From contig OX337234.1 in NCBI GenBank assembly GCA_946965045.2, forward strand, positions 3,100,001-3,164,000: DNA of 64,000 nt. The letters are read 5' to 3'. Within the stretch, counting starts at the first letter, position 1. The number at the start of each line of letters is the position of its first letter. Positions 46,631 to 57,528 of the stretch are shown here, in pieces. A program made the translations under genes and the position numbers. The notes under the pieces were generated by a model, which did no database searches, was not told the DNA's origin, and saw only the letters and a list, made by a program, of their open reading frames with translations. Source of the stretch: Epithemia pelagica (Eukaryota; Protista; Bacillariophyta).

Positions 46631-47096
46631 AAAGAGGCTGACGAACCGTACGCCTCCTCTATCGTATTGCCGACAAGACCGACGGACCGAACCAACCTCT
46701 CTTCAGTGTGAATTATTGTATTCATCAGGAAGGGAACGACAAATCTCCATTGCTACGTGGTTATCGACCCACTAGCATCCAACCAAGCGCGCCGGAAGCC
46801 ATCACGGCTCCAACCAAGGTACCAACACGAGCGACGAGGACTCACCAACTTCCAGTGGTGCAGGAAGCTTCGACCTCGTGTCCATACCAGGTGACGAAGA
46901 CACCGTATCCAGTACCGTTGATCTTCCAACACCTGTAGCCAATCCGACGAACGAAGACACCCTTGTTGACGAACAAGGACAGAGTATTGCTGCTTCGGAA
47001 TCGCAGATTGTTGAGTCTCCACCAGGTCCATCTAACAACGACACCCAACATCAGGGTTTGATTGTTGCATCTCAACGACAAAGAAGGAAGACCACC

Positions 47097-50000
47097 ATGA
47101 GTGACGAGACTCCTACTCCTCCACCCGGTATCGATTACCGCCCCGACCCGCCGAAGATTGGCGGACTGGTCCGAAGCAAGAAGGACGAATGGGTGGCCTG
47201 GACTGGAGGAAAACCCACGTACAAGTGGGATGGGTTAGAGGTAAAGGCGACAGAACCACTGCGAACGATGCAGATACGTACCCTGACCGACAAGAAATAC
47301 TACGATCGTATCTCCGGGCCTGACGAAAAGTACAGCAAGAAGACCGGTGATTTTAGCCGTCTCCAGGATGAAATCAAGCAGCACTTGATTAAACACGGCA
47401 TGGATTCGATCGCATACCTCCCCAATCCTCATGATCCCAAAGACATGTTGTTCATTGTAATCGAGCACCCAAAATATACGATGAGCAAGGTGAAGGAATT
47501 GATGAAGACGCAGATTGTGAGTTATGACAAGTACGACAGAAACAACGACGTCAGTGCCCAGGACTACTTACTGGACTGTTTGGAAAAGTCCTTTAGGCAC
47601 GAAGTTGAGGACCAGAGTCGGGAAGTGACGTGCTTCCCCGAGCTCTTCATGGTCCTTGTCACCATCGTGACACATGATTCCCCGCAGCACTGGGAACAAG
47701 TGAAGCACGAGATGCGAGCTCTTGTGCCTCACAAGTACCCTGGCCACGATATTATGGCGTTGACTAAAGATTTTTCGGAAAAAGCGCGACCGTTGATCGC
47801 AGCTGGACAGTACGACCACACTCTGACTGGGAACCTCCTAGCTAACATCCTCAAGACTGAATGGCCTGACACGCCTAAGTTCGACCTACTTACTCTGAAC
47901 AAGCGTGTCAATGACGGTATTATCCATATTCGGTTTCTAGATCGCTCTATCGGAGACAGTCATATGAAGAAAGAGCGTCTTTTGTACACAGATGTTATCG
48001 AAGAGGCGAACAAGAAGTACCTAATCTGTGTCAAGGAAGGTGAATGGTCACCTAAACGAAGTTCTCCTGATTCTAAATCCGTCCCCTCGTCGTTCACCGC
48101 TAACAAGGCTACCGTTTCGAAGACTAAGAAGAAACGGCATTCTATTATGACTCAAGCTAGTCTTAATGCACTCATTCAGACACTTCGAAACCCGCCGGGT
48201 TCCAATCCGACTCCAAGCAATGGACCAAACACCCAGCCTGGCTCCAATCACCGCGACAGGAAGGGAAAGCCGATTCACAAGCGTAACAACACTCGCGTTG
48301 ATCGATCGCAGGCTCACCCTTGGAAGAAGATCCCTCCTGCTCCTGGTGCACCTGAGCAGCAGACGATCCAGGGTCAGCGGTGGTTCTGGTGTGGTGTTTG
48401 TACCCGTTGGAACACCTCTCACACCACGGCAAACCATATTGTTGGGTATAAAAAGTCTCCTGGCGACAAGGACAAAGCAAAACCTCGGAATGCCACCCAT
48501 GCGAAGAAACTTGAACTCGAAGTATCCGCTTGGCAGACCGAATTCGATCTCGACCAACTTGATCCTCCTGCCTTGCCCGTCGCTGCTTTACCCGACTGTA
48601 TGTCCCTTGCCTCTGTGGATTGTTGCGAAGCTCTGATGAATGATGATGATGATTGTTGCGATTCGGTTGATTGTTGCAAGGACACCGTCGACCACTACGT
48701 CTTCTTCACCATTTGGGACATGTCACCATCCGATGACAGCTCGTCCATGGACTGCAGTTCCACCAACTCTGGAAACGACGATGATGACACTGACCGGACA
48801 CCGCCTATTCCGTTTGACGAATTGCGCCGCATCCTGTCACCCAACAACAATGAACCAACCGCCACCAATCACAACGATAGCGACCACAAAGATGATGACA
48901 ATGAACCATGCACTTGCAACACAGAAACAAAAGAAAAGAAAACAAGCACAAATAATGAAACAGTCTCGATCTGTCGACCTCACAAGGACGATGACAGCTC
49001 CACTGAAAGTGAAGACAACGAAGATGAGTATGCTGATATGCCACCACTTGTGGCACAAAAACTCACACCAGTTGTGGCAAACAAAGACTTACCGAGTTCG
49101 ACAAGTAACAAGGAAGAAGAACAAGAAAAGACAAAGGGAAAGTTGAGTGGATCGCATGCCAAGACACTGTACTTCGACAGGTGGGACGACATCGATATGT
49201 GGTACGGCAGTGACCACAGTCCCACAGACCAACGTACCTTCTCTAGCGTTGAAGCCAACGCAGCTGTGCACGACAAAAGCTTCGACAGCACCAAGATCAA
49301 GCAGGAGGACGAACAGGATAGTGATGAGAATGCTGGTGGTTTGGACACAACCATGGATACACAAGAAGGATCGCTTATCAGCCATGACAACAGCAGCGAC
49401 CTTACCCACCTCAAGAACCTGCAAGAAGGACTCCTGGACGACTCGAAGCCGCCAGCTCTTCGGCGACCCGAGATCTCACCGGTGACGAACCCGACGCCAT
49501 TGCGCCATGACCAATTCCCGACTCCTGCCACTGAAGCTCTCGAGCAGTGGACTCGAGGTTTTGTACCTCGGCCACGTCCACGTGATCCACGTATCTCCAT
49601 CGAGCAAGAAGCCAACACAGCAAAAAGAGACGGAATGAGGTACGAAAGGGCGCAGTACACGGTGTACGCTCTTCGACATCAAGAACCAGAACTTACCGTG
49701 GCTGTCGCCTACCAGCGAGTCAAGGACGAAGAATGGTTCGTGGGATGGTTCATTGATGGAACCAGAATCCCGAACCATCCGAATCCAGCTCCCGTCTGGC
49801 CCGAGATGAGTGTGCACTCAACTCCTCTTCCTTGCCTTCTTCGCTCTCGAATCATGGAGCACCGACCCATTGACCAGAAATATGATCAATTTGTCTCGTT
49901 CTTGAATCAGAGTAACGCCACGCCTTCTCCCGTGAATATTTCCGATCCACCGCCCGTCGATCTACATTCAAGAAGCACAGCGTGTGAGACCTTGGAGAAC

Positions 50001-53000
50001 ATGGCTGATGAACCTGTCTCATCCACCTCTTTCGTCGACAACAGTCAACTTGGTGCACTGTACGTACCAACAGATACCAGCGAAACCGACGACGACTCTA
50101 GGACCAAAAAGCGCAGTGCAAATCCATTTGCAAAATACTATGCCTGTGCTGCCATGGTGGATCTCGACGACACCACAAACTTGCAAGGAGACGATGCTGC
50201 AGAAAATGAAGCCGAACTGGCTCGCCATCCTGACACCATGGATGAGCTGATCACAAGTGCGGCCGACCACTTATGGTTTTTGTATGCTGAGTATTCCCAT
50301 GCAGCTGACCCGGGACTCAAAGATCTTTTGACTCTTCGGATTCAAAATACCCGTCGCATGATTCGCGACATGTGGTATTTTATTCTTGAGTGCGAACAAA
50401 CACCAGGATCGCCCTACGAACATGCGGGATTGAGTCTCGTACATGATGTAGCCTATGAACTGACGAAATGTGGACCAATTTCACCACCGTGGTACAACTT
50501 GGATCGCCCCTGTCTTACGGTCACTCCCGATCGAGTCTCTTCTAATGACTCCATCTCTACTGTGACTGTTGACCAAGACAGGTCCTATCCTACAGATGAC
50601 CACGCGAAGGTTTATATGGCTGCGTTTGACATGTCATACACCGAGTCAACCCGCCGTGGTCGCCCTTACGTGACTCCGCCACGCGCTCCCGCGCCTGTCG
50701 ACACTACTGTTGACTCAAGATCCCTGAGCCGTCACATGTTACGTGCTAGCTTCATCACGTTGGTTGTGGTGGTACCCAGTGTCCTCTATCTTCTGCCATC
50801 ACCCCAACCCTCCACCTATGCAACTACAGTCTTCACAGACGGAATGGCCTCTCTCATGTCTAGCTTTGGCTACTACTGGATGGGAACCAAGACTTTATTT
50901 TATGGACTATGGGCTTTGCTCTGGAGCGTTTTGGCCCATCCATCATGCCAACCTGCCTTCTTTTCTTGGCTTTCCTGCTGGATTGTTGTTTTGATCTTGC
51001 TTCCCAAGACCATTTCACCCGTGACAGGCCATCCTTCTCCTTTGTTCAACTCCACATCGACACCTTCCGTCCACCATTTCCGTGCCACTCTCCATCCGGT
51101 ACCTCCGCCCTCTTCTACCTTATCATCTGGTGGATTGTGGAGTGTGGTGAGCAATGGACTGGCCTATGCAATGAGCCGCCGTTTCCCGCTCATTTACATC
51201 CGTTTGATTGTTGGGTCGTTTTGTAAGTTGTTGCATCTGGACTCTTTTGGGTCCACTCACGCTGCTCCTCCGTGTGCACCAGTCAGTACCCGTCCGAAAA
51301 GAGGGAGGAACACTGCATTCCCTTTGAATCACCCTCGTGTCAAGCGAAAGCCGTCGTTTCGATCCGTGACTTCTTCACCGGCACACAAACGAGCGCGTAT
51401 GCGACAACGAATGCCACGACCAATCCCTCTCCGTCGTCGCGCAACTCCGTACAACAACAACAACAACTCAGCACGTACCAGGTTTAATCCACCCATGGGA
51501 ACCCGCAGCTCTGTGATTCCCACGAATAGCTACCAGCGCTTCCATTACAACAACCGAACCTCGTTCACGACGCCCAATCGTCGTAACAGAAACACCGATA
51601 ACCACTCACCCACTCGAAGTGAAGCCTTGAGGAGCAACCGACAGTCATCAACCCCAAGACAAGTCTTTGGTTTGACTGCATACCTTGAGGAACTCCGCTC
51701 CCTCAACGCCTTTCAAGTCTTGGGGAACACACGCAACTACGACTCATGGAGGTACATCACTCCTGCTGGCTTGGAAGCGTGCCTTCAGGATCCAATGGCC
51801 TTGAGGAGCGCAATGCCGAATGATGCGTCTTATCCCATCATCTGGGATAGTGGCGCCAGCATCTCCATTACCAACAACGAAAAAGACTTCGTGGGCAAGA
51901 TCGAACCACTACCAAACTTCAAGGTGAAAGGCATTGCCAATCGCATGAAAGCGATTGGCCGCGGAGAGGTCTTGTGGAGCATCCTTGATTCTTCTGGGAA
52001 CATCCGACAACTTCGAATTCCTGCTTTCCTGGTACCCAAGACAAGTGTCAGACTGTTATCGACACAGAGTTTGCTTCAGACGTATGACGGCGAAAAGATT
52101 GTGCAAGACGGTAAAACATTGGTACTCACCGGTTTACCTGAAGACGCGACACGAACACAAGTCACTGTCGTTGTGAATCCGCAAAACAATCTCCCAATGT
52201 CATACGGTTACAACCATGAGGAAGTAACCAAGAGTTCGCATGCTCTCAACACAATCGTCAACGAAACATCAGAACAAAACAAGAATCTTAGTGAGACACA
52301 GAAGGAACTGGTACGTTGGCATCTACGCCTTGGGCATCTATCGTTTCGTCGAATCCAGTTCATTATGAGAACTGGAATTCTCGCAAAAACTGAGCAACAG
52401 CGTCGTTTGCACACAAAAGCAGCATCACTCACCGACTTACCTCTTTGTGCAGCGTGTCAATATGGAAAACAAAAGAGACGTCCATCACCTGGAACCTTGA
52501 GTTCCATTGTAAAAGACAGACGGGGAATAACAAAAGCCGGAAATCTCTACCCTGGTCAGTGTGTAAGCGTAGATCACTTTGTATGCTCCACTAAAGGACG
52601 CTTATTTACATCCCGAGACAAGTCAAAATCTTCCGACCTGTACATGGGCGGCGCAATCTTTGTAGACCACGCTTCGGGATACACCTGGATTGGGTTCCAG
52701 AGTCATCTAAACACCCATGAGACCCTACAAGTAAAAGACTCATTCGAACTTTTCTGTAGAGATGTGGGAGTTGTGCCCCTACAGTACCTAACTGACAATG
52801 GCTCTGCCTTTACATCGGCTAAATATACGGAGTCCCTACAAAATTTTGCACAAACTTATCGATTTGCGGGAGTTGGGGCACATCACCATGCCGGTATAGC
52901 CGAACGTGCAATACAAACCATTATGTCTATAGCAAGAACGATGATGCTACACGCGGCCATACAATGGCCCGAAATGGCTGATCCTTCTCTATGGCCAATG

Positions 53001-55523
53001 GCAGTCGCACATGCAACTTTCTTAAGTAACCATGTCCCAAGCCTCGACACGGGCATAAGTCCCCATGACTTGTTTACACGAACAAGATGGGAGCAACGGA
53101 AATTCCATGACTTACATGTGTGGGGTTGTCCCGTCTATGTATTGGACAAAGCCATGGCTGACGGTAAGAAGCTTCCACGATGGAAGCCCCGCTCCACGCG
53201 AGGAATTCTCATGGGCCTAAGTACCCGTCATGCTACAACTGTACCACTGGTACTCAACCCCAATACGGGGTATATTACCCCTCAATTCCACGTTGTCTTC
53301 GACGACTGGTTTAGTACAATTGCCACATCCGTTGAAGACCTTCCTGACCTTACCAGTCACGAATGGGACCGACTTTTTGGTGACTCACACTACCAATACA
53401 TTGAGGACGATGATGATCTAGACTATGAGTCTCCAGCTCCACATGATGTTCTACATCATTCCGACTTTGGCAACAAACAGACCACTGTAACTCGATCTAT
53501 TGAGACTCACGACCCCCCTTCCGTCCTCCCTAGTCATTCTAACTCTCCTGGTATCTACCCTCTTAATACTCCTGGCTCTGCTCCAGGCGAGAAACCGGTG
53601 CCGTTGTCAGAGGGAGTAACCCCTCTTTCTCCATCGACGCCCCTTTCTCAGAGGGAAACAGTCCGTACCACTCCTACCAAACTACCTACTATCGCAGAGC
53701 AACCTTCTCCTATGACCCCTTCTTTGCCTGCACCCCCTTCTTTCGAGCCATCCACTCCTCAGAGGGAGCAACCACAATCGCCTCGCATCCCTACTCCAGC
53801 TCCCACACCTGGTCCAACTATGGTGTCTAGGCGTTCCGGACGAACTATTAGACCGCCCAAACGCTATGTACAAGACCTATGTAGTTTCCCAGCCTCTGTC
53901 CAGTCTAGTGACCTTCTCTCCATGATGAAAGCTTCCTTATCAGATCCTGACACCCTCAGTTATGATGAAGCTATGCGAGATAAGGATCTCACCAAGTGGC
54001 AGGCTGCAGCCAGCAAAGAAATCCGAGAACTAGAAGAAAAGGGAACATGGGTAGAGGTGCAGCAGAGTGAAGCAACTACGCGAATTTTACCCGGTACCTG
54101 GGTGTTTAAACGCAAAAGAACCCCTGACGGAGAAATTTCCAAGTTCAAAGCACGATATTGCGTTCGCGGTGACCTCCAGGAGTCAGAGCAAGAAAACTAT
54201 TCCCCTGTAGTCAACTGGAGTACTATTCGCATTGTACTCACCCTCAGTCTGATTCTAGGATGGGAACTTGCATGCATTGACTTCAATAATGCTTTTGTGC
54301 AAGCCACTTTGAATGAACCCGTATGGATCCATCTGCCTAGAGGATTTCGATCATCGTTAAAAGGAACTACATGCCTTAGGTTGGTCAAAAGCCTCTATGG
54401 ATTGTCATCGGCACCTAGACTGTGGTATGACCACCTAATACAGGCCCTCAAGGAAGACGGATTCCAAATGAGTAAACACGACCAATGTTTACTGTACAAG
54501 GAAAACATAATCATCTTTCTATGGGTAGACGACTGTGGAGTGTGCGCACCTACAATTACCTTAATTGACGAACTAGTTGAACGATTGAAGAAAAAGGGCT
54601 TATCACTGGAAAAAGAAGGAAATTTCACCAATTATTTGGGGATCAACTTTGTCCGAGATGAAAAGACCAATTCGATCACCATGACTCAAAAGGGACTTAT
54701 CAACAAGGTAATTGACGCTACCAATATGCAGGACTGCAACCCGAATTGGACCCCTGCTACGCAATTAGCATTGGGAAGCGATCCTGATGGGGAACCCATG
54801 AAAGAGAAATGGCAATACAGCTCTATCGTGGGAATGTTACTGTACCTTGCAACTAACACCCGACCAGATATAGCCTTCGCTGTGAGCCAAGTAGCACGAT
54901 TCAACTCTAATCCGAAGAAATCACATGCGGCAGCAGTGAAAACTATAGTGCGCTATCTAGCACGCACCAAGGATAAAGGAACCATCTTTACGCCAACTAA
55001 AGATTTCAAGCTAGATTGCTATGTGGATGCCGATTTCGCAGGACTACATGGAAGGGAGCCTCAAGACAACCCAGTAAGTGCTAAGTCCAGGACTGGTTAC
55101 ATTCTTAGCTTTTGTGGGTGTCCTCTTATTTGGCGGTCGCAGCTACAATCATCAGTTGCACTAAGTACCCTCCAAGCCGAGTACCACGCTCTCTCCCAAG
55201 CCATGCGAAGTGTGATAGCTACAAGACGCGTGATAGAGGAACTTCTAGCAAACCTAGACCTGCCATTTGAGAAGCCGACCATCTTCTCTGAAGTATTTGA
55301 AGACAATACAGGTGCCTTCTATCTTGCAACTAAGCAAAGATTGACACCTAGGACAAAACACTTCAACACGTACTTACACTTCTTCTGGGAACATGTAGGT
55401 GATCACCCAGGCGGAGTGAAGGTAAGCATGGTAGGAACCGAGGAACAAAGGGCAGATTATTTCACCAAGTGCCAAACTCGGGAACTCTTCGAAAAGTGCC
55501 GTAAGCTCAATCAAGGATGGTAA
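47097..55523 (+). CDS. Gag-Pol polyprotein (2,808 aa from ATG 47097): Gag, ~1,080-aa insert, protease, integrase, RT, RNase H
   Basis: Gag knuckle WCGVCTRWNTSHTTANH; protease IIWDSGASISI; GAG-pre-integrase WHLRLGH...CAACQYGK; integrase SVDH/FVDHASG/TDNG/GIAER; RT TWVFKRKR, KARYCVRGD, LWVDD; RNase H YVDADFAG, FEDN. Confidence 0.95.
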   Translation: MSDETPTPPPGIDYRPDPPKIGGLVRSKKDEWVAWTGGKPTYKWDGLEVKATEPLRTMQIRTLTDKKYYDRISGPDEKYSKKTGDFSRLQDEIKQHLIKHGMDSIAYLPNPHDPKDMLFIVIEHPKYTMSKVKELMKTQIVSYDKYDRNNDVSAQDYLLDCLEKSFRHEVEDQSREVTCFPELFMVLVTIVTHDSPQHWEQVKHEMRALVPHKYPGHDIMALTKDFSEKARPLIAAGQYDHTLTGNLLANILKTEWPDTPKFDLLTLNKRVNDGIIHIRFLDRSIGDSHMKKERLLYTDVIEEANKKYLICVKEGEWSPKRSSPDSKSVPSSFTANKATVSKTKKKRHSIMTQASLNALIQTLRNPPGSNPTPSNGPNTQPGSNHRDRKGKPIHKRNNTRVDRSQAHPWKKIPPAPGAPEQQTIQGQRWFWCGVCTRWNTSHTTANHIVGYKKSPGDKDKAKPRNATHAKKLELEVSAWQTEFDLDQLDPPALPVAALPDCMSLASVDCCEALMNDDDDCCDSVDCCKDTVDHYVFFTIWDMSPSDDSSSMDCSSTNSGNDDDDTDRTPPIPFDELRRILSPNNNEPTATNHNDSDHKDDDNEPCTCNTETKEKKTSTNNETVSICRPHKDDDSSTESEDNEDEYADMPPLVAQKLTPVVANKDLPSSTSNKEEEQEKTKGKLSGSHAKTLYFDRWDDIDMWYGSDHSPTDQRTFSSVEANAAVHDKSFDSTKIKQEDEQDSDENAGGLDTTMDTQEGSLISHDNSSDLTHLKNLQEGLLDDSKPPALRRPEISPVTNPTPLRHDQFPTPATEALEQWTRGFVPRPRPRDPRISIEQEANTAKRDGMRYERAQYTVYALRHQEPELTVAVAYQRVKDEEWFVGWFIDGTRIPNHPNPAPVWPEMSVHSTPLPCLLRSRIMEHRPIDQKYDQFVSFLNQSNATPSPVNISDPPPVDLHSRSTACETLENMADEPVSSTSFVDNSQLGALYVPTDTSETDDDSRTKKRSANPFAKYYACAAMVDLDDTTNLQGDDAAENEAELARHPDTMDELITSAADHLWFLYAEYSHAADPGLKDLLTLRIQNTRRMIRDMWYFILECEQTPGSPYEHAGLSLVHDVAYELTKCGPISPPWYNLDRPCLTVTPDRVSSNDSISTVTVDQDRSYPTDDHAKVYMAAFDMSYTESTRRGRPYVTPPRAPAPVDTTVDSRSLSRHMLRASFITLVVVVPSVLYLLPSPQPSTYATTVFTDGMASLMSSFGYYWMGTKTLFYGLWALLWSVLAHPSCQPAFFSWLSCWIVVLILLPKTISPVTGHPSPLFNSTSTPSVHHFRATLHPVPPPSSTLSSGGLWSVVSNGLAYAMSRRFPLIYIRLIVGSFCKLLHLDSFGSTHAAPPCAPVSTRPKRGRNTAFPLNHPRVKRKPSFRSVTSSPAHKRARMRQRMPRPIPLRRRATPYNNNNNSARTRFNPPMGTRSSVIPTNSYQRFHYNNRTSFTTPNRRNRNTDNHSPTRSEALRSNRQSSTPRQVFGLTAYLEELRSLNAFQVLGNTRNYDSWRYITPAGLEACLQDPMALRSAMPNDASYPIIWDSGASISITNNEKDFVGKIEPLPNFKVKGIANRMKAIGRGEVLWSILDSSGNIRQLRIPAFLVPKTSVRLLSTQSLLQTYDGEKIVQDGKTLVLTGLPEDATRTQVTVVVNPQNNLPMSYGYNHEEVTKSSHALNTIVNETSEQNKNLSETQKELVRWHLRLGHLSFRRIQFIMRTGILAKTEQQRRLHTKAASLTDLPLCAACQYGKQKRRPSPGTLSSIVKDRRGITKAGNLYPGQCVSVDHFVCSTKGRLFTSRDKSKSSDLYMGGAIFVDHASGYTWIGFQSHLNTHETLQVKDSFELFCRDVGVVPLQYLTDNGSAFTSAKYTESLQNFAQTYRFAGVGAHHHAGIAERAIQTIMSIARTMMLHAAIQWPEMADPSLWPMAVAHATFLSNHVPSLDTGISPHDLFTRTRWEQRKFHDLHVWGCPVYVLDKAMADGKKLPRWKPRSTRGILMGLSTRHATTVPLVLNPNTGYITPQFHVVFDDWFSTIATSVEDLPDLTSHEWDRLFGDSHYQYIEDDDDLDYESPAPHDVLHHSDFGNKQTTVTRSIETHDPPSVLPSHSNSPGIYPLNTPGSAPGEKPVPLSEGVTPLSPSTPLSQRETVRTTPTKLPTIAEQPSPMTPSLPAPPSFEPSTPQREQPQSPRIPTPAPTPGPTMVSRRSGRTIRPPKRYVQDLCSFPASVQSSDLLSMMKASLSDPDTLSYDEAMRDKDLTKWQAAASKEIRELEEKGTWVEVQQSEATTRILPGTWVFKRKRTPDGEISKFKARYCVRGDLQESEQENYSPVVNWSTIRIVLTLSLILGWELACIDFNNAFVQATLNEPVWIHLPRGFRSSLKGTTCLRLVKSLYGLSSAPRLWYDHLIQALKEDGFQMSKHDQCLLYKENIIIFLWVDDCGVCAPTITLIDELVERLKKKGLSLEKEGNFTNYLGINFVRDEKTNSITMTQKGLINKVIDATNMQDCNPNWTPATQLALGSDPDGEPMKEKWQYSSIVGMLLYLATNTRPDIAFAVSQVARFNSNPKKSHAAAVKTIVRYLARTKDKGTIFTPTKDFKLDCYVDADFAGLHGREPQDNPVSAKSRTGYILSFCGCPLIWRSQLQSSVALSTLQAEYHALSQAMRSVIATRRVIEELLANLDLPFEKPTIFSEVFEDNTGAFYLATKQRLTPRTKHFNTYLHFFWEHVGDHPGGVKVSMVGTEEQRADYFTKCQTRELFEKCRKLNQGW

Positions 55524-55563
55524 ACTGAGTCTACGGCATGTCGTAATTCCCCAATCACTCCAT

Positions 55564-55572
55564 GAGAGGGAG
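55564..55572 (+). promoter_or_regulatory. Polypurine tract
   Basis: GAGAGGGAG directly abuts the 3' LTR. Confidence 0.8.
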
Positions 55573-56341
55573 AGTTAAAGTACGGCTAGCTATAGACCTA
55601 GAACTACCTTTCGAAGAACAACACCTAGACTCTATGAGAGTACACGTCTACCATGACATAGCTGTGCCATCTGTCCTGCAAGCTTGTGCGAACACGTGCG
55701 TGGACGGCTGACGAAGCTGTGCCCATGTATGTGACATGTCCGAGCCTGCGGCACAATGTTCCCTCTCTGAATAACCCTGGTGTTTTGTGATACACATTTA
55801 CATATGCCCACTACTATCTACGACAGGCAAAAGCCGGACGAGCTCCACTCGGAAGCAAAGTCCAGGCTATGTCTCACCTAAAACATACACGTCTCCAACT
55901 TACAACAAGATTCACCAAAGGATCATGGATACTTGGTTCAAGCCAATAGTTCCGCCTCTATCCCTCACAGTTTGAGTATATGGAACAGGTTCTATGCACT
56001 AAGAGAACAAGTTCCATTAGTCCCTAAACGTAGAGCGTCTGTAGCGCCTTACCTAGAAGTCAAAGATGTTTCTTCACCGGGCCCAACGATTCGGGAAAAG
56101 TAAACTCTTTATGACTGAAAGGAAGTAATGAAAGAGCAATCATGAGAAACAAACACTTTCGATAGAATAAGCTCACTTCTTATAAAAACCTGAAAGTTGT
56201 AAGCAACCTTTAGGAAGGAGTCAACCATACTAACCTAGTACAAGGTGAGGGCCCCATCGTGTACCGAGTGAACTGGTTGACTACAGAAGTTCAGAGCACT
56301 AACCATCACGTCTTACGTTAGTTTTTCTACATACATTAAGT
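55573..56341 (+). repeat. 3' LTR (769 bp)
   Basis: Direct repeat of the 5' LTR, followed by TSD GACAG. Confidence 0.95.
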
Positions 56342-56346
56342 GACAG

Positions 56347-56966
56347 CAACCTTTACCATTCCTCCTGATAGTGTGGATGCCGCCCTGCATGCAAAAATCA
56401 TTCATTTGGGTGGAACTGGACTCTTAACCAAGTTCGACGGTCCGCCATCAAGAGAATTGTTGAAGAGAGCCAAGGAACTGGGGCGGACCACCGTGTTTGA
56501 CCTGATTCTAGCGGATTCAAAGACGATTGATTTGGTGGAACCTCTATTGCCCTACATTGACTACTTTGTCCCATCCATTGTGGAGGCAGCCGTCATGGCT
56601 GGCCTTGAGGACAGTCGAGATGCACCTGCCATTGCCCAGTTTTTCAAATCAAAGGGAGCCAAGACTGTCATTTTGACCATGGACAAGGACGGAGTCTATG
56701 TCCATCCTGCACAAGACGAGGTGGCACCGTTTACCGTACCTGCGCACGAAATTTCAGTGGTCGATACCACCGGTTGCGGGGATAGCTTCACGGCTGGTGT
56801 GATTGTGGGAATCTCACAAGGATGGGACTTGCCGAAAACGATTCGGTTTGCCAATGCCGTTGCCGCACAAGTCGCCCAAGGATTAGGCTCGGATGGAAAT
56901 GGCAAACTATCTTCCCTGGAAAGTACGCTTGCGTTCATGGAGATAACGCCGCTCACAACAGCATGA
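56347..56966 (+). pseudogene. PfkB-family carbohydrate kinase, 3' part, separated from its 5' part by the retrotransposon
   Basis: Motifs GRTTVFDL, IDYFVPSIVEA and VILTMDKDG, plus PfkB signature VVDTTGCGDSFTAG and FANAVAA. Confidence 0.88.
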
Positions 56967-57528
56967 AAGAAAGAATATCATATGAACGGTTTCAAACAAG
57001 TTCTCCTAGTAGAGGAGTACTCCTACCTTTCATTGTGCTATCCTCTGATGGGCATGGAACATGGAACAGGTAGTTTTGGTCCCCCTGAGGCGACAAATGG
57101 CCAGACTTGCGTCCTCTTGGCACACGGGACACACGAAACACTTTATTTAGTCCCGATCCTCGATTGACGTGCGAATCTTTGGACGTGCACCCTCGCGTGT
57201 TGTGCGCGTCTGCGTGCTGCGTGGTTTGTTCCGTTTGGGGGCGGCCAAGATCCACGACAAAGACACATCCTTTTTCCATTGATCTTCCATTGAGGGTGTC
57301 TCTCCATAATTCATCCTTCCACAAACTTTCTGTTTCATAACCAGACATCAGCACACCTCGTCCATCCCCAGTCGCTCTTCCCCTCTTCCAATAATGGTGA
57401 ATGACAGCAACCGATCCACATCGTCGTCCCCGAGGAGCAAATCCAATGGTTCCTCGTCCCGCGTCCGGGCGTCGAACTTGGCATCCAGTGCCATCAATGC
57501 ATCCATCAATGCACTCCCCATTATAAAA

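Larger units (their letters stand above)
45849..56341 (+). mobile_element. Full-length Ty1/copia LTR retrotransposon (10,493 bp), recent insertion
   Basis: 769-bp LTRs at 45849-46617 and 55573-56341 with no difference seen by eye. 5-bp TSD GACAG at 45844-45848 and 56342-56346. PBS, PPT and a single uninterrupted gag-pol ORF in copia domain order. Confidence 0.97.
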
